DNA of 64,000 nt, taken from positions 1,984,001 through 2,048,000 of the forward strand of contig NW_027362050.1 in NCBI RefSeq assembly GCF_039654945.1, given 5' to 3'. A program made the translations under genes and the position numbers. Each line of letters starts with the position of its first letter. Positions within the stretch are counted from its first letter, which is position 1. The notes below the pieces were generated by a model. The model made no database searches. It was given only the letters and a program-made list of their open reading frames with translations, and was not told the origin of the DNA. Shown here in pieces: positions 25,831 to 37,689 of this stretch. This DNA comes from Dendrobates tinctorius. Lineage: Eukaryota.

Positions 25831-26037
25831 TGCTCGGCCGTAGCTAATGCACATTTAAAGGTGTTGAGCAGCTCAGCTCTATTCAATGTTTACTTTCAAT
25901 AAGTTAATAGCAGCTGATTGTTGGGGGTGCTGGAAAAACATGACCCACATTACATGTGTGTGATAACTTGCTGACCCCCGCTCTCTATATATATGCCCAT
26001 GTTGCATGCATATGCAGGATGATGTGAGTAGTAGTAC

Positions 26038-26236
26038 CTCTCAATCAGCATACTCTGCTTGTAAGGTGGGATCTGAAAAAGTAACTGCTGCACCAGTTTA
26101 GGTGGGTAATGGAGAAGCCTTTCGATCATCTGAAATGTTCTGTAATGGTCCATGGTGTCACTCTCCAGGACGTCAGGGCCAGCTCCGGTCTGGTCTAATA
26201 TGCCGCTCTTTAGACGCATATTCACCGCATCGCTCA
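26038..26236 (-). CDS. FIBP: FIBP coding exon 2
   Basis: (V)[65 protein letters not shown](R); ttgcag| ... |gtacta; 199 nt. Confidence 0.96.
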
Positions 26237-27426
26237 CTGCAAGAAAAAAACAACGAAATGAATAAATCCGGGACAACCCTTATACGAATGCAGCGTGTTT
26301 TTACGCTTGGACTGATGGTCAGGGTGTGAGAAAAGAAAAAGAGGGATTTTTTGGTACCGTAAAATCTCTTTCTTGGAGCCTTCATTGGGGGACACAGATT
26401 ACCATGCGTGTATGCTGCTGCTGCTGCTAGGAGGCTGACACTATGCAAAATAAGAAAATTAGCTCCTCCCCGGCAGTATACACCCACCGACAGGCACCAA
26501 GTACCTCAGTTGGTGAAAAAAGCAGTAGGAGAAGCAACAATAACCCTTAAAATATGTACCAACCCAACAAGGGGCTCGTAGGCCCAACATGGTACAACTG
26601 AAAAAGGGAGGGCGCTGTGTCCCCCAATGAAGGCTCCAAGAAAGAGATTTTACGGTAAGTACCCAAAAATCCCTCTTTCTTTATCGCTTCGTTGGGGGAC
26701 ACAGATTACCATGGGACGTCCCAAAGCAGTCCCAAGGGTGGGAAAAGGCCTTAGGGAACGTGAAGAAAGGACTTAGGTCGGCAGATGTGCTACCGCCGCC
26801 TGCAGAACCTTCCTACCCAAGCCTGCATCGGACGAGGCCTGGGTATGAACCTTGTAGAACCTCGCAAAAGTGTGTAAGGACGACCAGTTCGCGGCCTTGC
26901 AAAGCTGTAATGCCGAAGCCTGGTGTCGGACAGCCCAAGAAGCCCCTACCGCACGGGTGGAGTGGGCTCACACTCCCGGAGGGGGACGTTTTTCCTGGAG
27001 GCGGTAAGCTTCCAGTATAGTAGAGCGAATCCAGCGAGCGATTGTGGATTTGGATGCCGGGAGCCCTTTCCGGTGACCTTCAGAGATGACAAGCAGGGAA
27101 TCGGATTGACGAAGAGAAGCGGTCCTGGCAAGATAGACACGCAAGGCCCTCACCACATCCAGTTTGTGGAGCGACTTTTCCAGTGGGTGAACAGGCGAAG
27201 GACAAAAGGAGGGTAGGACAATGTCCTCATTGATGTGGAAAGAAGATACCACTTTGGGAAGGAAGGAGGGGATGGGCCTGAAAACAACCTTATCCTGATG
27301 GCGGATTAGGTAAGGGGAATGACAGGATAAAGCCGCCAGCTCAAAAACTCTCCTAATGGATGTAATGGCAATTAGAAAAGTTACCTTCCATGAGAGAAGG
27401 GAAAGAGGAATGTCCTGAATAGGCTC

Positions 27427-27836
27427 CTTATGGATATAATGTTATTCTCGGGCTTACTGTGCGCTGCTTGACCAGGATAAAATCACCACAACATGAGAAA
27501 TTTGACCATTTAATTCCCAACGCGTTTCAAAGTGTGAACCACTTCTTCTTCAGTGGTTCACACTTTGAAACGCGTTGGGAATTAAATGGTCAAATTTCTC
27601 ATGTTGTGGTGATTTTATCCTGGTCAAGCAGCGCACAGTAAGCCTGAGAATAACATTATATCCATAAGGATTCGTATTGGAGGTCACGCAGTGGACCTTC
27701 GGGCGTGCAGCAGGCTGACGGCGGGTTTATATGCTTATACCTCTCCTGGAAAGGGTGAGTAGACTTTTGTTATATCTATTCAATTGTCCACCAGATAAGA
27801 CCCTATTGCGCTTTTCTGTTTCCTAGTTTCAGTATA
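27427..27836. mobile_element. Penelope-like insertion with fold-back palindrome and 12-bp target-site duplication
   Basis: TSD ctgaataggctc at 27415-27426 and 27837-27848. Arms 27425-27543 and 27552-27670 with one mismatch seen; hammerhead motif at the apex. Confidence 0.88.
27516..27556 (-). ncRNA. Minimal hammerhead-ribozyme motif (FIBP-sense)
   Basis: CCA CTGAAGA A GAAGTG GTTCA CACTTT GAAA CGCG TT GGG. Confidence 0.7.
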
Positions 27837-28258
27837 CTGAATAGGCTCGAAAGGCGCACTCTGAAGAGCGCTGAGAACGAGATTAAGATCCCACGGATCT
27901 ATCGGAGAATGATGAGGAGGGGCCACGTGGGCGACTCCCTGGAGAAAGGTCTTAACTTGTGGCAAGGGAGCCAGATCCCTCTGGAAAAGAATCGACAGAG
28001 CCGAGACTTGGCCTTTGAGAGTACTGAGGGACAGGCCTGTATCTAGGCCGGATTGAAGGAAGTCAAGTATGGATGGAATGGAGAACGACATTGGAAAAAC
28101 ATCGCTGTCGTCGCACCAACGGAAAAAAGCCTTCCAGTACCTGTGGTAAATGCGGGAGGCGGATGGTTTTCTAGCCCTGATCATGGTCTGAATGACCTGG
28201 TTGGAAAAACCCGATTCTCTCAGAATCGCGGCCTCAGCCATGCCGTTAAACTCAGAGA

Positions 28259-30127
28259 CTAACTCTGGTGGTAAAGGGGGCCTTGTGAGAGAAGATCTGG
28301 ACGGTCTGGAAGCCTCCAGGGGACGTCCGCGAGCATGTTCACCAGCTCCGCATACCAAGGTCGCCTTTGCCAGTCTGGAGCTACAAGAATTACTGGGATG
28401 CCTTCTGTTTTTATCTTCTTGACCACCCTTGAGATCAAGGCAAGGGGAGGAAACAAGTAAGGGAGTCGGAACTGGGACCACGGGATTACCAGGGCGTCGC
28501 AACCGACGGCCAGAGGGTCCCTGGACCTGGCCACAAAGCGGGGAACTTTGTGGTTCATCCGAGACGCCATGAGGTCGACATCCGGAGTGCCCCAAAGCTG
28601 GCATATCTGACTGAAGATCGTGGGGTGGAGAGACCATTCACCTGATGCTAGGCCCTGGCGACTTAGGAAGTCGGCTGCCCAATTTTCCACCCCTGGAATG
28701 TGAACGGCGGAGATTGCCGGAACGTAACACTCTGCCCAACGCAGTATCTTTGCTACTTCTGCCATTACTTGTTTGCTGCTAGTACCGCCCTGGTGGTTTA
28801 TGTGCGCCACAGCCGTGGCGTTGTCTGATTGGATGCGGACTGGTTTGCCCGCGAGGAGAGGCTGCCAGTTGAGGAGAGCAAGGAAGATCGCTCTGATTTC
28901 CAGAAGGTTGATGGGGAGAAGAGTCTCTTGGGCGTTCCAGCGCCCTTGGGCAGTTTTCCGATGGAAAACTGCTCCCCACCCAAGAAGACTGGCATCGGTG
29001 GTGATGACGTGCCACTGGAGAGGGAGAAAGGACCTCCCCTGCAGGACTGAGGAAGGTATTGTCCACCAGGTCAGGGATTGCCTCACACTGAGAGGTAGGA
29101 GAATGGGGAGGTCCAGAGAGACCGAAGTCTTGTCCCAGGCTGACAGGAGGAACAGCTGAAGAGGACGAGTGTGGAATTGGGCAAAGGGAACAGCTTCCAT
29201 GGAGGCTATCATCTTCCCCAGGACCCTCATGCAGGACCGAAGGGGGATGGGGACTGTCCGCTTCAGGGATCGGATTCCCTTGCAGAGAGCTGAAAATTTG
29301 TCCCTCGGAAGGAACACCCGGGCCAGATTCGTGTCGAACTCCATGCCCAGGAATGTCAGTCGCTGGGTTGGGAGCAGGGTGGACTTCTCTCTGTTGATTA
29401 TCCAGCCGAGACGGATGAGAGTATCCAGAGTGATCTGAAGACTCTGAAGGCAGTCTCGGCATGACGAGCCCTTGATCAACAGATGGTCCAGGTAAGGGAT
29501 TATGAGGATCCCCCTGGAGCGAAGGATGGCCATGACGGCTGCCATGACCTTTGTAAAGACCTGGGTAGCCTAGGCTAGGCCAAAGGGAAGGGCTGTGAAT
29601 TGGTAGTGATCTTCCTGAATCGCAAAGCGAAGAAATCTCTGATTTCGCAAACAAACAGGGATGTGAAGGTAGGCATCCTGTATGTCTACAGAGCAGTGGA
29701 ACTCCCCAGGCTCCATTGAGGCGATCACCAAGCGAAAAGACTCCATCTTGAAGTGGAGGATCCGCACGTGGCGATTGAGTAGTTTGAGGTCCAAGATTGG
29801 GAGAAGCGAGCCGTCTTTTTTCGGGACTACGAAGAGATTCGAGTAGAACCCTGAAAACCGTTCGTTTGGAGACACAGGAACAATTACTCCAGCGGATTGG
29901 AGGGAAGAAACGGCCTGGAGGAACCCTGGGGTCTGGGACGGCTGTTTTGGTGGACGAGACTGAAAGAAGCATCTCTTTGGAAGGGAAGAAAATTCGATTT
30001 TGTAGCCGGATGTGATGATTTCCCTGACCCATGCGTCGTCGACAATGGACAGCCACGCGCCCCTGAAACAAGAAAGCCTGCCTCCCACCCACCCTGGAAG
30101 AACTTCCAGGTGGGGGTGACCCGTCAC
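28259..30127 (-). pseudogene. DIRS copy 2 RT/RNase H/MT-like (stop at 29570-29572; catalytic YLDD changed to YLDH)
   Basis: ORFs 29570-30127 and 28259-29545; DIQDAYLH, ALPFGL, PYLDH, TTDAS, DVDLMASRMN, PYLFPP. Confidence 0.92.
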
Positions 30128-31467
30128 TTGGAGGAAAATCTACCGGAGCGGGACCTTGAGGGCTTGGAGGGTCGGCCCTTTGGTCTCCAGTGGGGTGCGG
30201 GTTTATACGATGGTTTTGTCCGTTGCCCGGAGGTAGAGGGCCGGTCCTGCTGGGAGGAATTTTCCGAGGAAGGAAAGGGGCGAAAGGACCTAAACTGACA
30301 AGGAGCTTTCCTGTTGAAAAAACGTCTAGGCCGAGACTGAGGAAGGGAGGTACTTTTACCTCCAGTGGCATCAGAAATTATCTGGTCCAACCTGGCGCCA
30401 AAGAGCTTAGAACCCTGAAAGGCTAGGTTGGTAAGCGACTTCTTAGAGGTGGTGTCCGCACTCCATGAATACGGCGTATGGCCACTATGTTGCTGTTAGC
30501 TCTTGCTGAACACCGGGCTGCATCCAAAGAGGCGGCCAAGAGGTATTTACCAGCATGATTAATTTTGGTCAGCCAGCTCCGCTAGCTCGTCTTGAGGAGC
30601 TGAGGCTAAGACGCCCTTGCGAAGAATTTTTGCCCATGCTGAAATGGCTTTCGCCACCTAGGCGGAGGCGAAACTGGGACAGAGAGAGGCGCCAGTTGCC
30701 TCAAAAATCGATTTGGCCAGAGATTTGATCTGCCTGTCTGTTGAATCTTTAAGGGATGCCCCGTCTGGAAGAGAGAGAACCGTCTTCGAGGAAAGACGGG
30801 AAACTGGCGGATCCACCTCGAGAGCTTTGACCCATTTTGTGAGAAGGTCCGCACTAAAAGGATATAGCACGTCTAGTTGCCTGCGTCCTGAGAATCGCTT
30901 TTCAGGATGTTCCCAGTGTTTGGTTAGCGTAGCCTCGAACTCCTTGTGATTAGGGACGGTTCGGGAGGGAGGTCTCGCTCGTTTAAATGGGACAGGGCTT
31001 TCTTGAAGAGGCGTCTTGTCCTCTTTAATTTTGAGGGTTTGGATAATAGCTGCTACGAGACTATCCACGTCTACGACTATACGCGTCTTGTCCTCTTTAA
31101 TTTTGAGGGTTTGGATAATAGCTGCTACGAGACTATCCACCATGTCCTGAGTTTTGGACATGTGGTCCGTGTCTGAGTCAGACCCCGATTGGGAATCTAC
31201 GTTTGACACAAGGTCGTCGTCCGAGGAAGGGGACGAGGAAAGTAGCCTGGGAGATGCGGATCCTTGTGAGCTGGAAGAAGAGCCAGACAGAGCCTGCTTC
31301 CTAGAACTCCTACCCGGTCTATCCCTCTGGAGGTCGCGGTCAGGTGTAGGCGACTCACCGTGAGAGGCGGTCAGAGCACAGGTGGCTGTAGATAGCTGAG
31401 GTAATCGTTCTAAGACCTGGACCAGGGACTGAGACACTTTAGTCAGGTCAGAGACCGACTGTGACAT
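30124..31467 (-). pseudogene. DIRS copy 2 gag-like ORF (disrupted; internal tandem duplication)
   Basis: Homologous to the copy-1 gag; DSLVAAIIQTLKIKEDKT occurs twice. Confidence 0.85.
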
Positions 31468-33598
31468 TGCAACGGTCCTCTCTGGGGGAGGGGGAGTGCT
31501 CTCATCCCGGGGGCTCGGTGTGCTCCTGTGGGGCAGACATAGTGGAAGGACTGCAGGACGGGCAGAAAGGAGACGACTGACCTGACACCCACTTCTTTTT
31601 ACAGCGCGCGCAGGCGTAGTGAGTAGCGGTGGGTCTAGGATAGGGAGCCCTTGCAGGGTTGGGCATATGTGAAGACTACGGTATTATAGCAGAACGTATC
31701 TGAGAGGGTACTGCTGGGAGGGAGAGAGTACTGCCGAGGGAAGCTAATTAGAGCCTCAGGAATATAAGAAGAGCCTACCGTGTCCAGCTCCGCTAATCTG
31801 ATGCGCAGCAGACAGATGTGTCCCCCAAGCTGAGATCCGCCCTTAGCGGTGGGCGGTGCTTAGCGGCCGTGCTGCGCGATTGGCTGTAGACTGCGGGGGG
31901 GGGGGCGCGGTTAAGGAGGAGAACTGAGAGCTACGAAGATAAAGTAGCTCTGTGATGGAAAGAGCGCGCGCAAAGCGGGGGCGTGAACAGACGGGGCCTC
32001 CCTATGCGAAAGTGAAACTAAAAACGCTATGCCGGTTTCCACCCCCGAAGTCTGTCATACACAACTGATGCACTCAGTACCCGTGACGCCGCAGAAATAA
32101 GGCAGGTATGAGAATTGGGGACCAGCTGCCTGCGGGCTTCAATGCCGAACACCCGGCTGTGGGCGGAAAGCTGAATTTCAAAAGGAGAGTAGGCATTGTC
32201 AGCTATCAGCGGTGCCGACCTCGATGACTTCTATGTGGGGCGAGCGCGGGACTATTCAGACTGCTTACCTGACGCCCACATGCTTCCCTGAAGAGGATGA
32301 CCGCAGGGGCCCACGTTGAGGGGAGGCCGCTGGGAGTGAAGATCCTCTGTACCCGCACTGTGTCCGAGCAGTGCAGAAGACGGCGTCAACCCCTTGCTAG
32401 AAGGGGGGAGGTCACCGCCGGTGACCACCGTCTTCCTCTCAGCCCTCTCCCGGGAGAGGGGTGAGGAGGGGAATTGGCTAGGACCAGCCACCTGTCATCA
32501 GCCCGTAGCACCCAAAGGTGATAGGGATAAGGTCCTGCCTGCGGGCCTGAGAGTTGCGATGTGGATGACACCACATTGCTCGCTCAGCTGCCTGATATGG
32601 GAAGGCAGGGTGAGAATTTACACCGTTTCCTGACGCCGTATCTGGAAAATAAATGGAAAAGGTTAATACACACAACTAAAAACCTAAAAAGGAAAAAAAG
32701 AATGGTTAACTGCGGATCTGGCGAGAGCCCGGTCCGCCTCCTACAGACAATAAGCACTAACTGGGGTACTTGGTGCCTGTCGGTGGGTGTATACTGCCGG
32801 GGAGGAGCTAATTTTCTTGTTTTGCATAGTGTCAGCCTACTAGCAGCAGAAGTATACACCCATGGTAATCTGTGTCCCCCAATGAAGCAATAAAGAAAAA
32901 CAAAAAAAAAAGCAAACACTTCAGGCTTCCATTTTTGAGATCTGACTCGCTCATTAAATTCAAAGTGTTAAAGGAAAAAAAAATGGATGCAATGTTTTTT
33001 TTAATGGATCCATTGCAATTATTGACATAGGAAAGTGCGTTTTACCTTGTACTATTTTTTTTTAATTAATAAAGTGTAAAAATGGATGTCATATCATGGT
33101 ATATGGAGAACAACACAGGTGAATTTTTTTTTTTTTCTGGATGATACGCTACTCTCAACCCAGCCTGATTTATATAGGGTCAAGGCTACATACCTTATAC
33201 GCTGCACTACAGCATTTCTCAGACAACTAGCGAACGACTAACTTCAATTTTGCTGCAAACTAGTAATAGCCAAGTCGTAGATATGCCACACACATGTTGC
33301 AGTCGCCTATGAAGTCTATGGTAAAGTGAGTCGCGTTTGACTTGCGACCGGGGACAAGAAATCCAATAGATTTGGAAACATTTGCGACTCGGGTGCTGCA
33401 TGTCAGAATGCAACACCATAGCAAATCAATAGATGTGATATCACAAAGAAAGATGGATTTTTGCGTCACATGTTGCCCTAAGGCTAACCTCATCATATAA
33501 AGAAGATCCAGCCATCAGCCCCTTGTCTCGGCCATTTTTTTTTTCCTGTAAATAAACATGGCTGACAGAGGAAGGAGTTTTTCATGCGGCATTACTAC

Positions 33599-33683
33599 CT
33601 GTATATCCATCCAGCCAGAGCTGATAAACCTCTTCATCAATCAGGGTGGTATTTCCAACAAACACATCCAGTTCATTGGCCAT
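33599..33683 (-). CDS. FIBP: FIBP coding exon 1 (exon 33599-33695 including 12 nt of 5'UTR); acidic FGF intracellular-binding protein
   Basis: ctttacag|GAAACCATCATT ATG... = [28 protein letters not shown](V)|gtagta. The ten exons sum to 1071 nt, an open 356-aa ORF. Confidence 0.96.
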
Positions 33684-34315
33684 AATGATGGTTTCCTGTA
33701 AAGAGAAAACTGTGGATGAGAAATTCAGCTCGTGACTTTAAAATCTGACGCAACAATATGGATCAGTAATAAGATACGTAATACCTCACACAGGACTCCC
33801 CCCAATGCAACAGAAGAGGTGACCTCCGCACCAAATCAGCATGTAGCTCCTGTAGATACGCTGTGAACCAATCTGCACCAGTGACAATATAGTGATGGCT
33901 TGTTATGTATGGAAACATATAACTTAAAGCGATATTTTAGCATAAACAAATTGTCACTGAAACCACAGGATTGGCGCTGTTAGATTGGTGCTGATGTCCC
34001 CACCACTAGGGGTCTTTTCCCCCCTTTCTTACATAGCCATAAGCCCTGGAGTTAAATGGAGTGGCTGGTCTGGTTGCACGTGTTTTGCGGCTACATATAT
34101 GTCTATAAAAATAAAGATAGCCGGGCAAAGGGAAACAAGTAATAGCAAGAACTGTGGGAAGAGGTAGCAGAGGTGGAAGTCAGGAAAGATAAAAGTGAAA
34201 AAAGGAATGAGGCCAAGGTCATTATCTAAAGGGTTATTCCCATTTTCATACACAAATACTGTCGGATAGTGCTGGTAAGTAAATACAAGCTTGTTTGCAA
34301 TTTACGGCTTATTAA

Positions 34316-36542
34316 CCCCTTAGCGACAGAGCCAGTTTGCAGCTTAATGACCAGGCCAATTTTTACAATTCTGACCACTGTCCCTTTATGAGGTTATAAC
34401 TCTGGAACGCTTTAATGGATCCCGCTGATTCTAAGACTGTTTTTTCATGACATATTGTACTTCATATTAGTGGTAAAATTTCTTCGATAAGTCTTGTGTT
34501 TATTTATGAAAAAAATGGAAATATGGCGAAAATTTTGAAAATGTTGCAATTTTAAAACTTTAAATTTTTATGCCCTCAAATCAGAGAGATGTGTCACACA
34601 AATTTCTTAATAAATAACATTTCCCACATGTCTACTTTACATCAGCACAATTTTGGAAGCAAAATTTTTTTTTGTTAGGAAGTTATAAGGGTTAAAAGTT
34701 GACCAGCGATTTCTCATTTTTACAACAAAATTTACGAAACCATTTTTTTTAGGGACCACATCATATTTAAAGTCATTTTGAGGGGTGTACATAACAGAAA
34801 ATAACCAAAAGTGGCACCATTCTAAACACTAGACCCCTCAAGGTGCTCAAAACCACATTCAAGAAGTTTATTAACCCTTTAAGTGCTTCACAGGAACTAA
34901 AGCAATGTGGAAGGAAAAAATTAATATTTAACTTTTTTTTGCAAAAAATTTACTTCAGAACCAATTTTTTTTATTTTCACAAGTGTTAAAAGAGAAAATC
35001 AACCACAAAATTTGTTGTACAATTTCTCCTGAATACGCCGATACCCTATATGTGGGGGTAAACCACTATTTCAGCACACGGCAGAGCTCGCAAGGGATGG
35101 AGCGCCGTTTGACTTTTTCAACGCAGAATTGGCTGGAATTGAGATCGGATGCCATGTTGCGTTCGGAGAGCCGTTAATGTGCCTAAACAGTGGAAACCTC
35201 CAACAAGTGACCCCATTTTGGAAACTAGACCCATTAAGGAACTTATCTAGATGTGTGGTGAGCACTTTGAACCCCCAAGGGCTTCACAGAAGTTTATAAC
35301 GTAGAGCCGTGAAAATAAAAAATCCATTTTTTTTCCACAAAAATGATCTTTTCGCCCCCAAATTTTTATTTTTACAAGGGTAACGGGAGAAATCATACCC
35401 GCACAGTTGTTATGCGATTTGTCCTGAGTACGCCGATACCTCATATGTGGGGGGGAACCACTGTTTGGGCGCATGGGAGAGCTCGGAAGGGAAGGAGTGT
35501 CATTTTGGAATGCAGACTTTGATGGAATGGTCTGCGGGCATCATGTTGCGCTTGCAGAGCCCCTGATGGGCCTAAACAGTGGAAACCCCCCACAAGTGAC
35601 CCCATTTTGGAAACTAGACCCCCTAATGAACTTATCTAGATGTGTGGTGAGCACTTTGAACCCCCAAGCGCTTCACAAAAGTTTATAAACGCAGAGCCGT
35701 GAAAATAAAAAGTCTTTTTTTATTTCCACAAAAGTGATTTTTTAGACCCCAATTTTTAGACCCCCAAAGTTGGCAAATAGTGGAAACCCCTCAATTCTTG
35801 CTCCAACCCTAACCCCAACACACCCCTAACCCTAATCCCAAATCCTAATTCTAACCCTAATTCTAGTTCGCCCTAACCCTAATTCTAACCCTAGTCCTAA
35901 CCCTAGCCCAACCCTAACCCAACCCTAACCCTAGCCCTAACCCTAATGGAAAACTGAAAAAAAAAATATTTTCTTTATTCCATTATATTGACCTATATAA
36001 GGGAGTGATAGACGGGGGGGTTATGTACTATTTTTTTTATTTTGATCACTATGATCGTTTATCATAGTGATCAAAATAATGAATGGAATCTGCCAGCCGG
36101 AGCCGGCAGATTCCCGGCGGGCGCACTGCGCATGCGGCCGCCATTTTCAAGATGGCGGCGCCCATCGGAGGATGCCGGCGGGACGTGGGACCACCGGGAG
36201 GGGACGGAGGGCCATGGAGAGGTACCGGGGGGGGGGATCGGGGACCCTATTTCTCTCTCCTCTGATGTGCGATCACATCAGAGGAGAGAGAAATTAATTT
36301 TTTTTTTTTTTTTTGCGGTCGCCGTTATAGGGTTAATAACGGCGATCGCAAAAGCGGGGGTCGGTAAAAACCGACCGATTCATGTTCTCTGGGGTCTCGG
36401 CTACCCCTGGCAGCCGAGACCCTGGAGAAAATCCGACACTGGGGGGCGCTATTCACTTAAATCACAGCGCCGTGAATTAACGGCGCTGTGGTTTTAGTAC
36501 CCTTAATTACCGCCGTAAGGCGTATCGGCGGTCGTTAAGGGG
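34316..36542. mobile_element. Non-autonomous piggyBac-like DNA transposon
   Basis: TTAA on both flanks; TIR CCCCTTAGCGAC / GTCGTTAAGGGG; internal direct repeats of about 410 bp (about 34990-35760); no transposase. Confidence 0.82.
35806..35946. repeat. Degenerate (CCCTAA)n telomere-like tract inside the transposon
   Basis: ccctaaccctaa / ccctagccctaa / ttctaaccctaa hexamer variants. Confidence 0.85.
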
Positions 36543-36809
36543 TTAAAATTAGCAAAAGCTCGAGCTATTGACACTTGTTTACAGCTTGTTGCCTAGGAGA
36601 CCGACCGCCGCGTTGCTGTCCAGTTTGTAAGTACTGAACCTGGCCTCGGACTAGGTGGAAACAGCTCGCTCCAGTGATCCTGCCCAGCTTCCAAGCAGTG
36701 CTTACAAGCTCAATAGAAAACCTCTCTGCATGCTCTGCTGTCTATCAGCCATGGTCTCCAAGGCAACAAGATGTAAACAAAAGAAAAATGTTAATACCTC
36801 AAGAATAAA

Positions 36810-37215
36810 GAAAGAAGATCAAAGGAAAAACAACGAATAACAAAGGAAGAAGAAAAATGAGGGAGGAGGAAAAGAAAAAGGATGGAGGAGGAAAAGAAGA
36901 AAAAGGATGGAGGAGGAAAAGAAGAAAAAGAAGGGAAAGGAAAAAGATGGGAGGAGGAAAAGAGAAGAAAAAGGGAGGAGGAAAAGAGAAGAAAAAGGAT
37001 GGAGGAGAAAAAGATGGGAGGAGGAAAAGAGAAGGAAAAGGGAGGAGGAAAAGAGAAGAAAAAGGATGGAGGAGAAAAAGATGGGAGGAGAAAAAGAGAA
37101 GGAAAAGGGAGGAGGAAAAGAGAAGAAAAAGAAAGGGAGGAAGAAAAAGAACGGAGGAAAAAGGGAAGTGGAGGAAGAGAAAAAGAGGGGGTAGGAAGAG
37201 GAAAAATAAAGAGGA
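36810..37215. repeat. GA-rich polypurine repeat
   Basis: ggaggaggaaaagagaagaaaaagga reiterated; almost pyrimidine-free on +. Confidence 0.92.
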
Positions 37216-37689
37216 CGTGAAACAAGCATCTTACCCCTGAAATACGCCCTCTCCCAGCCCAGAGGAGATGACACGATCAGTTGCCCGCTGCGGACAATCA
37301 CTGTGCTCAGCGGTCATGTGCTGCAATTGTGGTGTCGCCACTGCAGCTTGTTAACAAAGACCAGAGACCGCAACGGATGAGTAGAGCTGTTTATTATGGT
37401 CACATCTATTCTATTATTATGCATCGCTTATATAGCGCCATCATATTCCGCAGCGCTTTACATTCATTATAACTGTCCCCATTGGGGCTCACACTCTACA
37501 TTCCCTATCAGTACGTAGTTTATAAATGGCCACTTGACGCTGACTGTCACTACAGGGTGCGCACACCGCCTGGCGTCAGGGGCTCACGGCTCCCCCATAT
37601 GCTGAAGGCTACATTTGGTCCAGGTGGAGTGTGGTGAGCTTCCTATTTGCGATGCATCAACAGAAATACAATTCATCACAATTACTGAG

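Larger units (their letters stand above)
26774..28241 (-). pseudogene. DIRS copy 2 tyrosine recombinase, interrupted by a Penelope-like insertion
   Basis: MAEAAILRESGFS...PWDLNLVLSALQSAPFEPIQ, then the insertion, then FHINEDIVLPSF...KSTIARWIRSTI. Confidence 0.88.
26336..32898 (-). mobile_element. DIRS1-type retrotransposon, full length but degenerate (copy 2, same family, opposite orientation)
   Basis: ITRs at about 32760-32898 and 26336-26512; ICR at about 26615-26713; gag (31467-30124), RT/RH/MT (30127-28259) and YR (about 28240-26774). Confidence 0.95.

Noticed and set aside
24374-25886. Repeat arrays as a CRISPR-like locus; Cys-rich ORFs
   Set aside because: Units are contiguous with no unique spacers, there are no cas genes, and the context is a vertebrate intron.
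25950-26037. ORF read-through LIERYYY suggesting a longer FIBP exon 2
   Set aside because: The intron start GTACTA coincides with the exon-3 start; the donor after 26038 gives the correct phase and the conserved RYYAFDE.
36791-37301. Lys/Glu/Arg-rich and Phe/Ser-rich ORFs
   Set aside because: Polypurine simple repeat.
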